Part shown: piece after piece, positions 26,619 to 39,781 of the stretch
How positions within the stretch are numbered: the stretch's first letter is position 1
How the letters are laid out: every line of letters begins with the position of its first letter
NCBI GenBank assembly: GCA_964304625.1
Contig: OZ199838.1
Span: 4,919,489 to 4,983,488 of the forward strand
DNA: 64,000 bases
Direction: 5' to 3'
From: Kudoa neothunni
Taxonomy: Eukaryota; Animalia; Cnidaria
Notes under the pieces: generated by a model
Seen by the model: the letters and a program-made list of their open reading frames with translations, nothing else
Told to the model about the DNA's origin: nothing
Databases searched by the model: none
Program-made: the position numbers and the translations under genes

Positions 26619-29600
26619 TTACTGTTTATTCACATTACACACTTCTACATCGGCGCCAAGTTTTAACAAATCGTCAATCCAAACAACTTGTTTATGTGAA
26701 AGTTTATCGTTGGTGCTTTTCACTTCAATTATCTATGGGAAATAAAAAAAACAATTATTGTAGCATACTTTGTGGGATTTTTCCACTGTGTTCCACAACA
26801 ACAGATCAGGCAAACCACTAGCGCGACATTTGTAATCGGTAGAAAATATTTTACAAATTCCAGTCAGCAACTTTCTCCCCCAACTATCTACAATATCGAT
26901 TGGGCTCTTCCAATCGTCGAAAAGTTCCCAATTGACAAAAGGTTGTGTTACGCCGTGATATTTAGTCCATGTGTCTGCTATCGAAGTGAATAGCTCCTTA
27001 ATATTTTTTAAATAGAATTCGGAAAACAAAAACCTGTGTATAAATATGTGTGAGTACCGTTGTTTGGCAGTTTTCAATCCAAAATAGTCTTGAATCAATA
27101 AGTTCTCTCCGATTTTGATAAAAGATATCGGTGTAGAGGTCCAACGGAAATAGCTAGTAAATAAAATTACAAATCACAATCAGCACGAGAATGCAAAATA
27201 CTTGAAATGGAGATATAAAGACGCCATCAACATCATTACAAAATATAATCTCCCAAAATAATAAACCCCAAATAGAAATGTATGGCGAACTTTCCGCATG
27301 CATTCCATATTGAAATTTTTCATTATTACAATAATAATCTAACGCATAAGACTCGACTGAAACAATTTCCACCGACGGCAGCTGCAAATCATTTTCCCTG
27401 TTAAATTTTAAATATTTTCCGCGTGAGATTGCCGACTTGGTTTTCTTGTTATCAGAGTCAGTAGTTGATGTTGATGATGCCGTCAAGTAGGATGGAAGTT
27501 CTTTGGTTTTAATATTAGTCTATTTATTCTGTTAATCATGCAACAAACTACATTTTATACTGATGGAATCGGTAAAAAACATTGTAGATATTCATAACAA
27601 TGTTGTTTGGTTTGAGTGAAATTCGCAGGAAGTGTACTGTACATTTTCTGTAGTTTTTTACTGCGAAATAGACGATCAGCTCTTCGAACTAGCAAATAGT
27701 AATCAGGTTTAGAGGTGTGTGGGTCATTCAAGCCTTTGCTAATTATCTGAATCGCCTACAAATAAGTCATTAATTGAGTATCTGCATGAATAACGTCACC
27801 AAAGGCAAATCATTCTTCCGTTTTTCCACATTCAGAGCAAGTCGATTCCACCAATGGCCCCTCTTTCTTTTGTAATATCTTTGTTGCAATAAGAGCTTGC
27901 ATGTAATCAATAGTGAATGTTCTAGTTGTTGAGTGGAGCCAAGGATTTCGGCCATTTCAGAGCCAATTTTAACAACAAATCTTTCAGGAGAAAGATTGGG
28001 AAGAAACTTGTTGTCGTTTGGACCATTATCATCCGTAAATGGCTTTTCTAACAACCAGTCTAATAGTTCCTACATACAATAATTGTTTATTTGTCAAAAG
28101 GTGCGATAATACTTTGACACTATCAACATTTTCAATTTTTATGGTGGCATTATTCGAAAAATCCAACAACATATTTAAATTGGTATTCACGAGAGCAAAA
28201 TATTTGTTGCTAGCTGTAGTTTTATTTTTCGAATCAACCAATCCGAAAAAATCAAAGAAATTTCTAGCCCATAAACAATAATCTGAAAAGTGGGTTTCAT
28301 TTTTCACGAGACTATCTCGGTCAGATGAATAATTTATCGAATAGGTTGGTAAGATCAGCAAACTATTTCTAATTTTATACAGATTATACCTATTTGTAGA
28401 CATTTTGAAAGTCAGTCATTTAAAACTATAAGATAATTATAAAATACAAAGTATTTTGAGCTAAGGTTTTCAAAGTTAATTGCGGCGACTTTCTTGTTGC
28501 GAAGTAATTCGCAATGTGTGCTTTACCGTTGAAGTATATAAGTAAATCCTCAAATACTTTCACATGGCTTTCATTTAATGCAAAACATTGTCCAACAATC
28601 AGCTTGATTCTATACATTATTATGTTCTGCTTAAATATGGTATATACAGTCAACAGGGCTTATCATTCAATGGATACACATTAAGGTTTTATTAATGCGT
28701 AATTTAACTAATTTCTGTCATTTTTATTGTATATTTTATTTAAGGGAATCTTTTCAGAAAATGTCTAAGAGCAACGTACATAAAATATTTAACTTTAACA
28801 TTTCAAAAACTTCAAAATTTTGATAAATCTCTCTATTGCGTAATTATTTTTGGGATTTTAGCTTTATAATCCTTGATGTGAACTTTTCTTCAATTCAAAA
28901 TTACTAGAAATCAACAATGTATTGTAAGAAGAATTCTAACTGATCAATATTATAACTTGATTGATTCAGTTCAACGCCCAAAATTTATTACAATGGGAGA
29001 CGGCTAGTAAGCGCTTTTGCTTGTTCATGCAGAATTTACCACTTGTTGAACACATTACTTAAGTTGGCAATTATAAACTTAATTAATCTGAGTTTTACGC
29101 CCGAAAAATAATCTTCAAACAAAAATTCACCACAATATTGTAATTTGAAGGCATTGTTGGGTAATACGCATCTTTTTCCCTGAAATTAATTTTAAAATTG
29201 CGCATGGGTACTATTTGATTTTTATGTATGGTTGACAATAACCTTCATGATATGCTTATAATAAATGAAAAATATTATTAAATAAAATAATTGGAGTAAA
29301 TTTCAGAAAAATAACAGCCACGCCATTAAAAATTTTGTTGTTTTTGTTTTTGTATTCATATTAAGTTTAAATATTATCCTATCCAAGAAATTACGAATTA
29401 TAAAATTAGGTGAAAGTCAACAAGCTCTAAACATTAAAGATCAAAATAAACGATGAATTCGACAAAAAATCTACGAATGAATTCAAATATTTTAGAGTTG
29501 TTCATCAGAGGAAATTATTTTTAAACATAATGAAATTGGGAAGAAAATTATGTAAAACGTCCATGATGTTAGTTGTTGTTAAGGTTTTAAAGAACAGTGT

Positions 29601-31368
29601 AATCTGCGTAGATTTAGCTTCTATGGTGACTCGAAAATCGTTAATGAATTAAGTCTAAAAATTACTCTGAAAAATTATAAACACGAGATGGGTTAAAATT
29701 TTAACTACGAAAAAACTTCGAGTCAATTTTGGTACAATTCTCTATATAGAAAATATTAAAAGTAGAGAAAGAGATCTTTAGGTTGAACTTAACGATTTTT
29801 AACTACTTAAAACATTATTCATGGATCACTTTTGGACTTTTTAGTTATCAACGTAAAGACAATGATAAAATAAAAAAATTACTTTGTTTATCACTAATAC
29901 ATTAGCGTATCCTATTGAGGAATAATAATTAAAGAAGTATCTAAATCATAAAATCCATTTAAATGCCTCTAATATATAAAAAGGGGTATTTAACAAAAAA
30001 TGGTTCTATTTGTTAGTAAAAGTATGCTCAAAAGTTATAAGAAAAATTATTCAACATATACATGGAATATAAGGAAAAAGTAAAAACAGCGGATGTTTTG
30101 CAAAGGAAAATATTACATATGTAATCAAAGAACAATCGAATTTTGAATATATGCACGCGCCAAACGTGCATATTACCCAGCATTGTTAGCTGATTTGCCT
30201 TTTTTCAGGTCCCCAAGGGATCACATATAACCGGTCACCTATTATACTGTGGAAAAATTTTTACTTGCAAAATAAGTGTGCATATTGTAGTTTGAACAAT
30301 TGTAAGTATATCTCTCACTCTACGTTTAATTTTATCGTGAGGATTTAAAATGGCAAATTTAAATATTTCTAGTAGCTAAAGTGAATGGGGGTTTAAATAC
30401 ACGTTTGCTATTTCATACAGGTTTCACTACCTCCTTGAGCACATTATTTAAGTTTATATTTATGAACTTTATTTAACTGAGATTTTATGTCTGAAAAATA
30501 ATTTTCCCACAAAGATACAATAAAATCTGAGAATTCAAACGCATAATTGAATAATACATACTTATTTATTAATCACGACGGGATTACGCATTAAACGCCA
30601 CCCGTCATAGCTAAAAACATAAGTTAACAATAAACTTAATTTAATACAATTATTTATATATTATAAAAAATTAATATTTTCTTTGTTATAAGTGTATTTT
30701 TAAACTAAGCGTACAATAAGCATTGTTGACTGTATTTATATAATAACCTTTTTAGGACTGTTTGTTGTATTGAAGAGCCAGTGTTTGATGAGGAATTTCT
30801 GCCGAAAAAATGAGTTATTGAACGTTTCGCTACCTTTACATCTTCCAAATTTTTGTAAGAATTTTTCAGTTTCATCTCCGCCATTAGTTTCTCCTTTTCC
30901 TTCACATATAACAAACTAACTGCATCATCAAATCCAATATCGCTTTCATCTTTGCAAAATCCTAATCAATAATAGATTAGATCAAATGGATAATATTTAC
31001 ATAAGTGGAAATATAAAAAATTTTTGTCTACAAAAAAGTGGCCAATTATTACCTGCATCAACCAACTCAACAAGAACCAAATGGTTGTGAGCCAAATATT
31101 TATTATTCTTTTTTTCCAGTCTGAACCATCGCTGTGATCGCAGAAACATTCTCAAATACAATTTCTGGCATTGTGGCTTGAGCGAACAATAATTATCAAT
31201 TGTTTGCTGATATTTTGATCTAGGTGCCTTGATCAATACACCAATATCGTCATCCATCGCTATATATTTAAGAAGATAGACAAAATCAAGATAGGTTCCA
31301 TCGACGGTAGTCAATAGGGAATCAGCTGCAGTACTCGAATTCTCATCCAATATCAACTCATTTTCCAT
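26619..31368 (-). CDS. FAN1: Fanconi-associated nuclease 1 (VRR-NUC), multi-exon with a ~2.1 kb TE-filled intron
   Basis: [60 protein letters not shown] and [17 protein letters not shown] (PD-(D/E)xK). Confidence 0.92.
29380..30250 (+). mobile_element. Decayed Tigger/pogo remnant within FAN1 intron
   Basis: Fragments resembling [16 protein letters not shown] and a right end TTTTCAGGTCCCC...ACTG like other Tigger copies here. Confidence 0.5.
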
Positions 31369-31578
31369 TTTTTTTTTAACCTCACCTCACGTATCCTGCC
31401 CCATAAAGCACGTGATTTGTCCATTAAATGGCGTTTCGAATATCAAATGAGTTTCTTGTTGCTCAAAATATATCAGTGAATGCGATATATTTTCTCATAT
31501 TATTAGTTTGAATATTTTGATCCTTTTCTTAACAAAGCCCCCTAAGATTGTCATAATAGACATGCGCAAAAAATTTAA

Positions 31579-32371
31579 ATGAACACTGTCGAAGATCCTA
31601 AGCCTATAGAAAACGCATACAAGTCAAAATTTAGCCATCAGTTTGATTATAAGTATTAAAGATCTTTAAAAGCTATACTGATAGTATATCCGATCTAGTT
31701 TTAGTTGGTATCTTTTGGCGTTGAGTGTCATCAATAGATACCCCCATTTCAAATCTCGCCATGTTCACACTACAGACTATCTAAGTGTGTAAGAGTTGAA
31801 GTTGGTAGAAGTCGGTTAGAGTAGATGTTTAGACATTGTGACCCTGAAGGCATCATAAGAATTAAAAAACTGCATTGCAAGAATAGAACGTTTTTGATGC
31901 GAGCTTTTCGCTGTGTAAATTTTTAATATTTACCGGTGTTATCAAAAAAAATCGTAAAGATGGAAAATTTTAAAAATGTATTTGTCATTGAAGAGATTGT
32001 TGTCGATCGAAACAAACGACAGACCCACTCCAAAATGTACAATCTCAATTTTCATGACTATGGTCAAATTATCGAAGACTTTCGAGTTTATCCTCACTTA
32101 AAGAACAAGTGACGCAATGAAGTCGTTTGGTCGTGGTCTCAATTATGCTTTAGGACTTCTTGTCGTATTATTAGAACCGCGGAATTTCAAGGTACCAAAT
32201 GGTGGATTCCTTATATGGGTAGATTTTTCTATTCCACTCAAACCATGGGTGTATGTTTTATCTTGATTGGATAAACTTTGGTTTTAATGCTGTTGCTTTT
32301 AGATTTTTGAATTGATGGAACAAAAACTTAATAAGATACGAGACGCTCTTCCATTTGAAATGTTGGAATAA
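31579..32371 (+). CDS. PRELI/Ups-family mitochondrial lipid-transfer protein
   Basis: HQFDY/NWYLLALSVINRYPHFKSRHVHTTDYLSV/HCDPEGIIRIKKL.../KNVFVIEEIVVDRNKRQTHSKMYNLNF..IIEDFRVYPH: PRELI pattern (YP....HV...D, EE.VVD, NLN). Confidence 0.8.
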
Positions 32372-32919
32372 TGAAAATAATTCCATTTTGAATTTTTAAT
32401 CCATTTTTTTCTTTATTATTATCCTTTTTCGACCACTATTTTTTCGCTTGCTGAATTATTGTTGTGTTCCTATATGAGGGCATAGTTTTGGTGATATTCC
32501 GGATTTTAAACCAAAATCCCCAAATTACTGACTTGTGCTTTAGCGTAGTAACTGTTTTACTTTTTGTATAGTCATTTTTTGAATATATATTGGTTATGTA
32601 TTGAATTAAATTTTTATTATCGAATTAATTGGATCGGACTTATGAATAGTTAAGAACATATATGGTAATAATTTCCTCAAGAAGAGCCATTATTTAATGT
32701 AAAGCAAAATTAAATGTTTACTAGTGATAATAATTCAACCCCAGGTGTGTTTTTCATTAGAGTTAATCATTTCCAATTTTTTTATTGTAAAGGTGCACCA
32801 GGAATAATTGGCTACGACAGATTCTAGATCATAAATTTTATCTGTAACCTATAAATAGAAACTAAGGGGATTATAAAATAAATGTCGCGCGTGCGTGTGG
32901 TGTAATAAGAATTAAATTA

Positions 32920-33409
32920 CAGTGAAACCTCAGGTTCGACCAAAAATTTGGGGTCAGAAACACTTTTAAATTTGAACCACATAGAAAGGATATTCAGAAT
33001 AACTCCAGGTGGAGCAAAAAACCGAGGAAACGAAATTCTATAAGGAGATTCACTCAATCAAATTGTGCGAACGTCATCGAAAGAAAACCTTTTTATCTAT
33101 CGTATGACAACCAACAAATATTTATCCCATGTAACATGTGGATTATAAGGGTTGTAATACACCAACCTTATGCGCAATCGAGAGCGGAGCAGTATGGCAC
33201 CACCGCCTTTTAGTGTTAATAACGCAGGTTCGAATCCCGATTCGGAGCTTGTGTTACATCGAATACCTCATTTTTATTATTATATTTAATGTTTATTTGT
33301 TATATATTTTTAAACACAAGGCATGTTTGTTTTTTTGATAAATATGAATAAAAATAGTCATTTATTTGATAAGCGGAACGGATTATGGTCGAAGTCCGAG
33401 GTTTCACTG
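32920..33409. mobile_element. Tigger/pogo-type MITE, copy 2 (carries a 129-bp insertion)
   Basis: TA|CAGTGAAACCTC ... GAGGTTTCACTG|TA; homologous to 851-1298. Confidence 0.85.
33130..33258 (+). mobile_element. Solo-LTR-like TG...CA element with tRNA-like A/B boxes, copy 1
   Basis: Ends TGTAACA ... TGTTACA; B box GGTTCGAATCC at 33227-33237; absent from the sister MITE at 851-1298; second copy at 50355-54645. Confidence 0.7.
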
Positions 33410-33989
33410 TATTATGAAGTTATTTCAGATTTCTCTAATGAAATTTGAAATAAATTAGTTCGTAACATAGAATATAACATTTGTATCGAATATCAATAAT
33501 CAATAATAAAAGAGAAATTATTTTAGGGTGAATAAAAACCAAACACAAAGACTTATTCGCTTAATATTTCACCTATCAGACTAATAATATACAGAGTCGA
33601 AAAAATATATACGCAAATATAGAATTCATTATCGTCTTTTAGTAGAAATAAAATATTATTAAGTCCTTTTTTTAATTATAGTTCAGGTTATTTTCATTGA
33701 TTTATCGAGAATAATGATGATTCTATGCAAAAAATAATTGTCGATTACAATAACGTTTGAGTTGGATCCGATGTATAAAAAAAATCAGGTCTTCATCTCA
33801 TATGTGCATGGTGTTTATTTTATGAACAAAAGGGAAAATTGCATCTCTGTGGCTCTCTATTTTGAATATTTTCACCAAACTAGTTCTAAATGTTATAATT
33901 AGGGATCGAAGTTTACGATTACAATCAATTTTAGATGATTTAGTCACCAAATTTTTAAAGAAATATCGATGTTTATTTCCCTGAGATAT

Positions 33990-34310
33990 TCTAAATCTTC
34001 CGAAAAACTTGAAGTCGGTAGTAATTTAAGGGAAATTGATAGTTTTCATGTCGAGTGGATTGGCATAGAGAAGATGGAAAATGAATCGGTCTGTAATATT
34101 GAAAGGTAAAATTAACTCTACAACAAAACGGAATTTACAAACAAATAAAGTCAAAGAAACATATTTCTTTAAAAAAGCGTTTCAGCACATGTCTCTGTCC
34201 GGTATTTTTTAGAGAGAAGAAATGGCAAAATTAAGAAAAATTTAGTTTCATGTTATTATTCGCAACGCTCTTCCGGTATCGCTTTTTGATGAAAAAGGAT
34301 TTTTTTGAGA
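33990..34310 (+). mobile_element. hAT-like remnant related to 11780-12120
   Basis: VIIRNALPVSLFDEKGF resembles the hAT LP.S.V...GF motif; nucleotide similarity to 11780-12120. Confidence 0.55.
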
Positions 34311-35151
34311 TCTTGTTTTAATTTTTTAAAATTAAATGTCGAAAGCAGCAACACCTAATTATAATAATTCTTTATCTATGTGAAAACAAATGTAAATTAA
34401 GTTTAGGAAATTATGACAAAAAATACGCATTAAAAATATTAAATAGCGTCATTTAAACGATATCATTTATTTTGATGTGTAATCGTTGCGTATTCTAAAA
34501 AAGATTTTTGTTAAAATATAATTTTTCATAGCTCAAAATTTTCTTATATATTTAAAAAAGTGATACATTTACCAATAATATGTATTATCTAAATCATTAT
34601 TGTCATTTTTATATTTATATAATATGTCTACTTAACGCGCAAAATAATTGATTGATGTAAGCATATTGATTATATTAAACAATTATTTACAACTCAGACG
34701 TAAAATAAATTTATAATTAATTTTAAGTATAGCGTGGCATTTTTATTTGGTTATGATATATACAAATAGGATCTTTATTTACTTTTCGTTTTCCTCCTAA
34801 TTTGATTAATTTGATTATAGTGGCTAATAAAAAATATTTTAGAGCAGCTTTACTTTATAAATCATTATAACTAACTATTTAACATAATACATTATCTTCA
34901 AACCAAAAACAAAAAATTTTCGCAGGTAAAGCTTAGATAGTTAACAATAAAATTTTCTTATACTGAAAATTTGGTCCCCAAATATCCAATTTAGCAAAAT
35001 TGTGCAATAAAATAATTGTAAAAATCTATGTCCATTTATGTGCATAACAGAATATATATTTTTCTGTTGCATATACATCGTACATTATATTTGAAAACAA
35101 AATGAAAATCCGACGAAAAGGCCAAGAATAGAATTAGAGATAAAAATCCAT

Positions 35152-36116
35152 TTAAACAGTCATAAGAAAATCATTAACAATATCAATAAGTTGTTCTCTT
35201 TGATGTATGTGAATTAAATGTCCACAATTTTTTACTTCTACAAACTTTGCTTTAGGAAACAACTTTAGAATATAACTCCAGTGATTCTCGCTAAATAAAC
35301 TGAATGAATTTTGGATAGTGGATAAAATTACGTTAAATAATTTGAATTCTCTCCTTTGACAAAAAGTGTAGGTCCATCAAAGGAGCAATTGGGTTGGAGA
35401 TGAGGAAAATCGAAGAGATAGTTTAAACTTTCACGGAAAATCTGCCTGTTTATTTTCCAAACGAGCTTTTTTGTGTCCACAACAAATTTAATATTCATTA
35501 AAATCAGCTCAACAGTATCGGCATTATGGAGATAGCCTTTCAGATGGTTACGAACGTCGTTGATTGTTTGAAACTGATCCAATTCTAACGAGCACATTGT
35601 ATCTACTACTTTTTGATTATAAATTTGGTTTTTCTAAAAGCGTGTGTTAATTTATAATGTTTTGACACCAAAATCTCTAACTTTATTGGCAATTGTCGGA
35701 GCGATATCTAAAACTATTAACGACTTCACATAGTCTGGGTTGGTCAGGGCCAAATAGCATGCAGTTTTACCGCCCATGCTGTGCCCAATGAAATTAGAGG
35801 GAATCAATTTATATTCGTTCATAAAATCCACCAAAAAATCTCCCATGAGTTCGTAGTTTATAATTTTTTGGTTGATCACATGGCTTCCATGGTTGGGCGC
35901 ATCCAATGAGTACGTCTCATAACCATATTTTGAATTCAGTGCAGAATTAAATGATATCCAGTTTGATTTTGAACCCAAAAACCCGTGTAAACATATAATT
36001 GGGGTTGAGTTGGAAAGTTTAGGATTGATCGGAAGATGAGAATAAATTGAAGGAGAATGTTGATGAAGTCTTCGTATCTTGGTTTTCAAAGCAAGTGACA
36101 TCAGTGACGATCTCAT
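35152..36116 (-). CDS. ABHD11: Alpha/beta hydrolase ABHD11-like (3 exons)
   Basis: ICLHGFLGSKSNW, LDAPNHGS, nucleophile GHSMGGK, LIVLDIAP, FDGPTLFVKGENSNY, CGHLIH; basic N-terminus resembling a mitochondrial presequence. Confidence 0.9.
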
Positions 36117-36613
36117 TTTCCTTCTAAAAGTTTTATTTAATGATTTATTAAGTAATAAAAACTTTAATTTTGTTTAAATATATTTTATATTCAAATCGTA
36201 TAAACGTGTTTAATTTATTTCGTTGGATTACGCGCATTGTCGGATGGGTAGAAATTATTTTTTAGGACTAATCAACATTTTATCATTGACTACATTTATA
36301 TTTAAATTTGATTTCTCTATTAAAATTGTTTTCATTTTTTCAGTGATAAAAATATTCAATAGACCCAGCTGCTATTTATAATTTTTAACCAATAATTTAA
36401 TCTTAGTTGTTACGCAAGCGCAATATCGATTGCGTACAGGGATGCCAATGGGGTTGAAAAAACCAAGGATGGATGGTCAAAAAATCCAAGATCGAGAAAA
36501 ACGCTACTTTAAAGTACAACAACAAATAAAATCGTATCTATTAAAGTTTTTAATCTTCTTCCAAGTCTATAATTGCGTCTTCAGATATTAAATTTAAATT
36601 TATCGTCGTATTA

Positions 36614-38605
36614 CAGTGGGTGACGGGTATTTGGCACCTTTAGAATATCTAACGAAATAAAATAACGTAGAAAATAATAACTATAAAAAAGATTTTAAAT
36701 ACATTATAAAACTTATATTATTCAATTTAAAGAAATTTTCAAACAAAATTTAAAAATATAAATATGTTTTCAAGCGTTGATGGGTATTTGGCACTCTTTT
36801 CGCCCGGGTTAGATATTAAATCACGTGCAACACTTCCGTTTTGTAAGACATGGCTGATAAAAAGTGTAAAAAGTGATATTCTATTAGGGGGAACATGATA
36901 TCATCAGATTTTTTGAAAAGCAACCATCTAGAAATGGTAAAAGTCAAATTGTGAAGCATTTTAAACCTGCTTCAATATCTACCCTAAATGGAATTTTAGC
37001 AAAAAAAGCACAAATTATCAATTTTTATGAGAGTGGCTTAGTTAAAAAAATAGAAAAACTCTAAAAAAGGGAGATAATGATAAAACCGACAATCGCGTAT
37101 ACGAATGGTTCACTTGGATGCGACAAAATAAATTGGAGCTTTCATCGCAACAGATTATCGACCATCGCAATGAAATCGGCAAGGAATTCTGTAAAGATTC
37201 GAAATGTGTCGGTTATGGATGGTTTCGCGGATTTAAAGATAGATTTAATCTCAGAAGATTTAACTTTCATGGAGATTCTAGTTCCGTGAGCGATGATGTT
37301 GTGTCTGACTGGAAATCTCAATTAGAATCTATAATGAAGAACTACAAAAGAAATGAGATCTTTAACTTGGATGAAACTGCTTTATTCTACCAACAACATC
37401 CAAATAAAAACTTAAAATTTTTTGTTTCTGTATATTGATACCGTTTAGTTTATACTAAGTTAATTAATATTGAGATGAATGTTTATCATTCATTACTAAA
37501 CTAACTCATTTTTAATGTTAATATTTCAACTTTTGAAGTTTAATTGCGTGATAAGTCGATTTTTTTAGATTTCAAGAAGGAATGATATTTTATAGATTCT
37601 ATTTAGGAAGAAGTTATATTTCGTCTAACGAGTCAAATCCCAAATGCACTAAACGGTCCAAACAACGAATAATGCTATTACTTGGGGCCTCCTTAACAGG
37701 AGAAAAGTTTGAGCCAATAGTCGTGGGCCATCATAGTCACCAAGATGTTTTAAAAATTTAAAACGAAAACCGATCCCTTATTACTCAAATAAAAATGCCT
37801 GGATGACCACTGAAATATTTACTCAATATTTAATCCAACAAAATCAAACATTCAAAAACAAAAATTTGAAAGTTTTATGTTTGGTGGACAATGCAAGCTG
37901 TCACCCTCCATTAAGTCTTTCCAACATTACGTTAATGTTTCTCCCAAAAAACACAACCTCTATACTCCAACCGATGGATCAGGGTGCAATCAATTCGTTC
38001 AAGTCGATTTATAAGAAGAATTTTATTGAAAAATATATCGTTCACGCCAAAAATAACCTAGATATAAAGCCGATTGATATTTTGGATGCCTTGGTATTGA
38101 TAAAGAAATCTTGAGAAAATGTCAGATCGCAGACAATATCAAATTGTTTTAGAAAGGTTGTCTTTATTTTCGAGGATAATAGTATTGAAATTCCCCCTGT
38201 TCCATCCGAAGAATTAATTAATGTTGACCAGACTTGCAATGAGTTAATTCAAAAACAGTCATCTTCTGAAAAGGAAGAAGACGAAATTGAAAATATACCG
38301 TATGATTAAACAGAGGCATCAAAATATTTTGAATACCTAAAAGGCTATTTTAAACAATGCGGTTCTGATGTTTGGGATTCACTTTATCGAATTGAAATGG
38401 AACTTTATAAGACATCGGAAAAAAGTACGATTCAAACAAAAATATTAGATTACTTTAGTAGTTCTAAGTAGATTTTGAATTATTAATAAACACTTGTTTT
38501 TATAATGTATGCGCGCGTCGTTAGGTGCCAAATAGCCAACATTGCGGGCTATTTGGAACTTTTCCCTCGGTCCCGTAGGGATTACGTAATACACGTCACC
38601 CACTG
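36614..38605 (+). mobile_element. Tigger/pogo DNA transposon, inactivated
   Basis: TA|CAGTGGGTGACGGGTATT ... AATACACGTCACCCACTG|TA; GWFRGFKDR, IFNLDETALFY, LVDNASCH, LQPMDQGAINSFK. Confidence 0.92.
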
Positions 38606-38776
38606 TATTGCAATTTTTTAGCGCAAACACTCACTCATACATAATGTCTAGTATAGATCCATATGCTCACAATTAATTGTTTCATAGTTCAAAATATATT
38701 TTGAACTAACGTTTAAATTTTCCAATAATGTGCGACAATGTTTACTGAGTAATTATGTAATTGTTTCACGTTAAAC

Positions 38777-39781
38777 CAGTGGTTTGTAACCTTTTTCCGC
38801 GGACCCCTAATTTGTTTAAGGGCTTATCACAGACCCCACCTTGTTTTAATGCATAATCCAATTATACATATAAATATTTTACATTTTTGTTCCTATTGTT
38901 CATTTCAGTGAATAAATTAAAAAGGATTTAAAATTATTTATCTATTACCCCCTATTTTTTAATATTTTTTATGTAAATTAATAATGTAGTTCTTTTGTTT
39001 TAAAATATGTATTAAAAATTTTTAATCACTAATACGTGAATTATTTTTGTTATTAAAACAAAAAAATAAAAACCGTAAAATCCCTCCCTGTAATTTTTTT
39101 GAAATTATTGAAATTCTAACCAAATATAGACAATGATGCATAATATTTTAAAATAAAAAATTTAATGAAATTTGTTGTATTATTATCTATACATGGGTAA
39201 ATGTTTAAAAGTAAAATATAAAAATTTCTGAGTGAAAAATGTCCTCGTAATAATCGAAATATTTTTATTATACAAAATCTTTATTTTCGTTAATTATTGT
39301 GTTTAACATATTAAAAAGTTAATAAACGAAGAATTTGTATATAATAGAATGCGAGATTACTGTATAAATTCTATTTTTTTATAAATAATAGACATTAAAA
39401 AAATAATTAATGAGATTTTTGTAGTTTCTTTTTATCAATAAGTTCACAGAATTCCGACAAGTATTCGAAAGAACAACACGCATATAAGCGATTTCGTGAT
39501 CTTTTCTATAGTAGCCAACATGGAAATCTAGTTTCGAAATAATAGCTCTTTGTAAAGGAGTAATCAATCTAATTGCATACTCTGCGACATTAAGAAGTAT
39601 ATTTTGGAAATTTTGCAATAAACATAAAATATTTATAAGAAACGATAACGCAAGAGTATATTTAAAATTTTTAATAATTACGTTAATGTTTAAAAATACC
39701 TAATTACAATGAATGTATGACGATAAAATTGGATTCAGATTGGATTTAAATCACTCGCAGGCCCCAGATTAAGAACCGTTA
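38777..39781. mobile_element. Non-autonomous hAT (Buster/Charlie-like) element
   Basis: Exact 8-bp TSD CGTTAAAC (38769-38776; 39782-39789); left end CAGTGGTTTGTAACC, decayed right end; minus-strand fragment HEIAYMRVVLSNT like the Buster C-terminus. Confidence 0.8.

Noticed and set aside
33175-33250. Functional tRNA gene
   Set aside because: B box is perfect but acceptor, anticodon and T stems do not pair; it is embedded in a mobile TG...CA element.
35640-35700. Apparent premature stop in ABHD11
   Set aside because: Resolved by a ~49-nt GTTAGA...TTTTAG intron restoring KNQIYNQKVVDTM.
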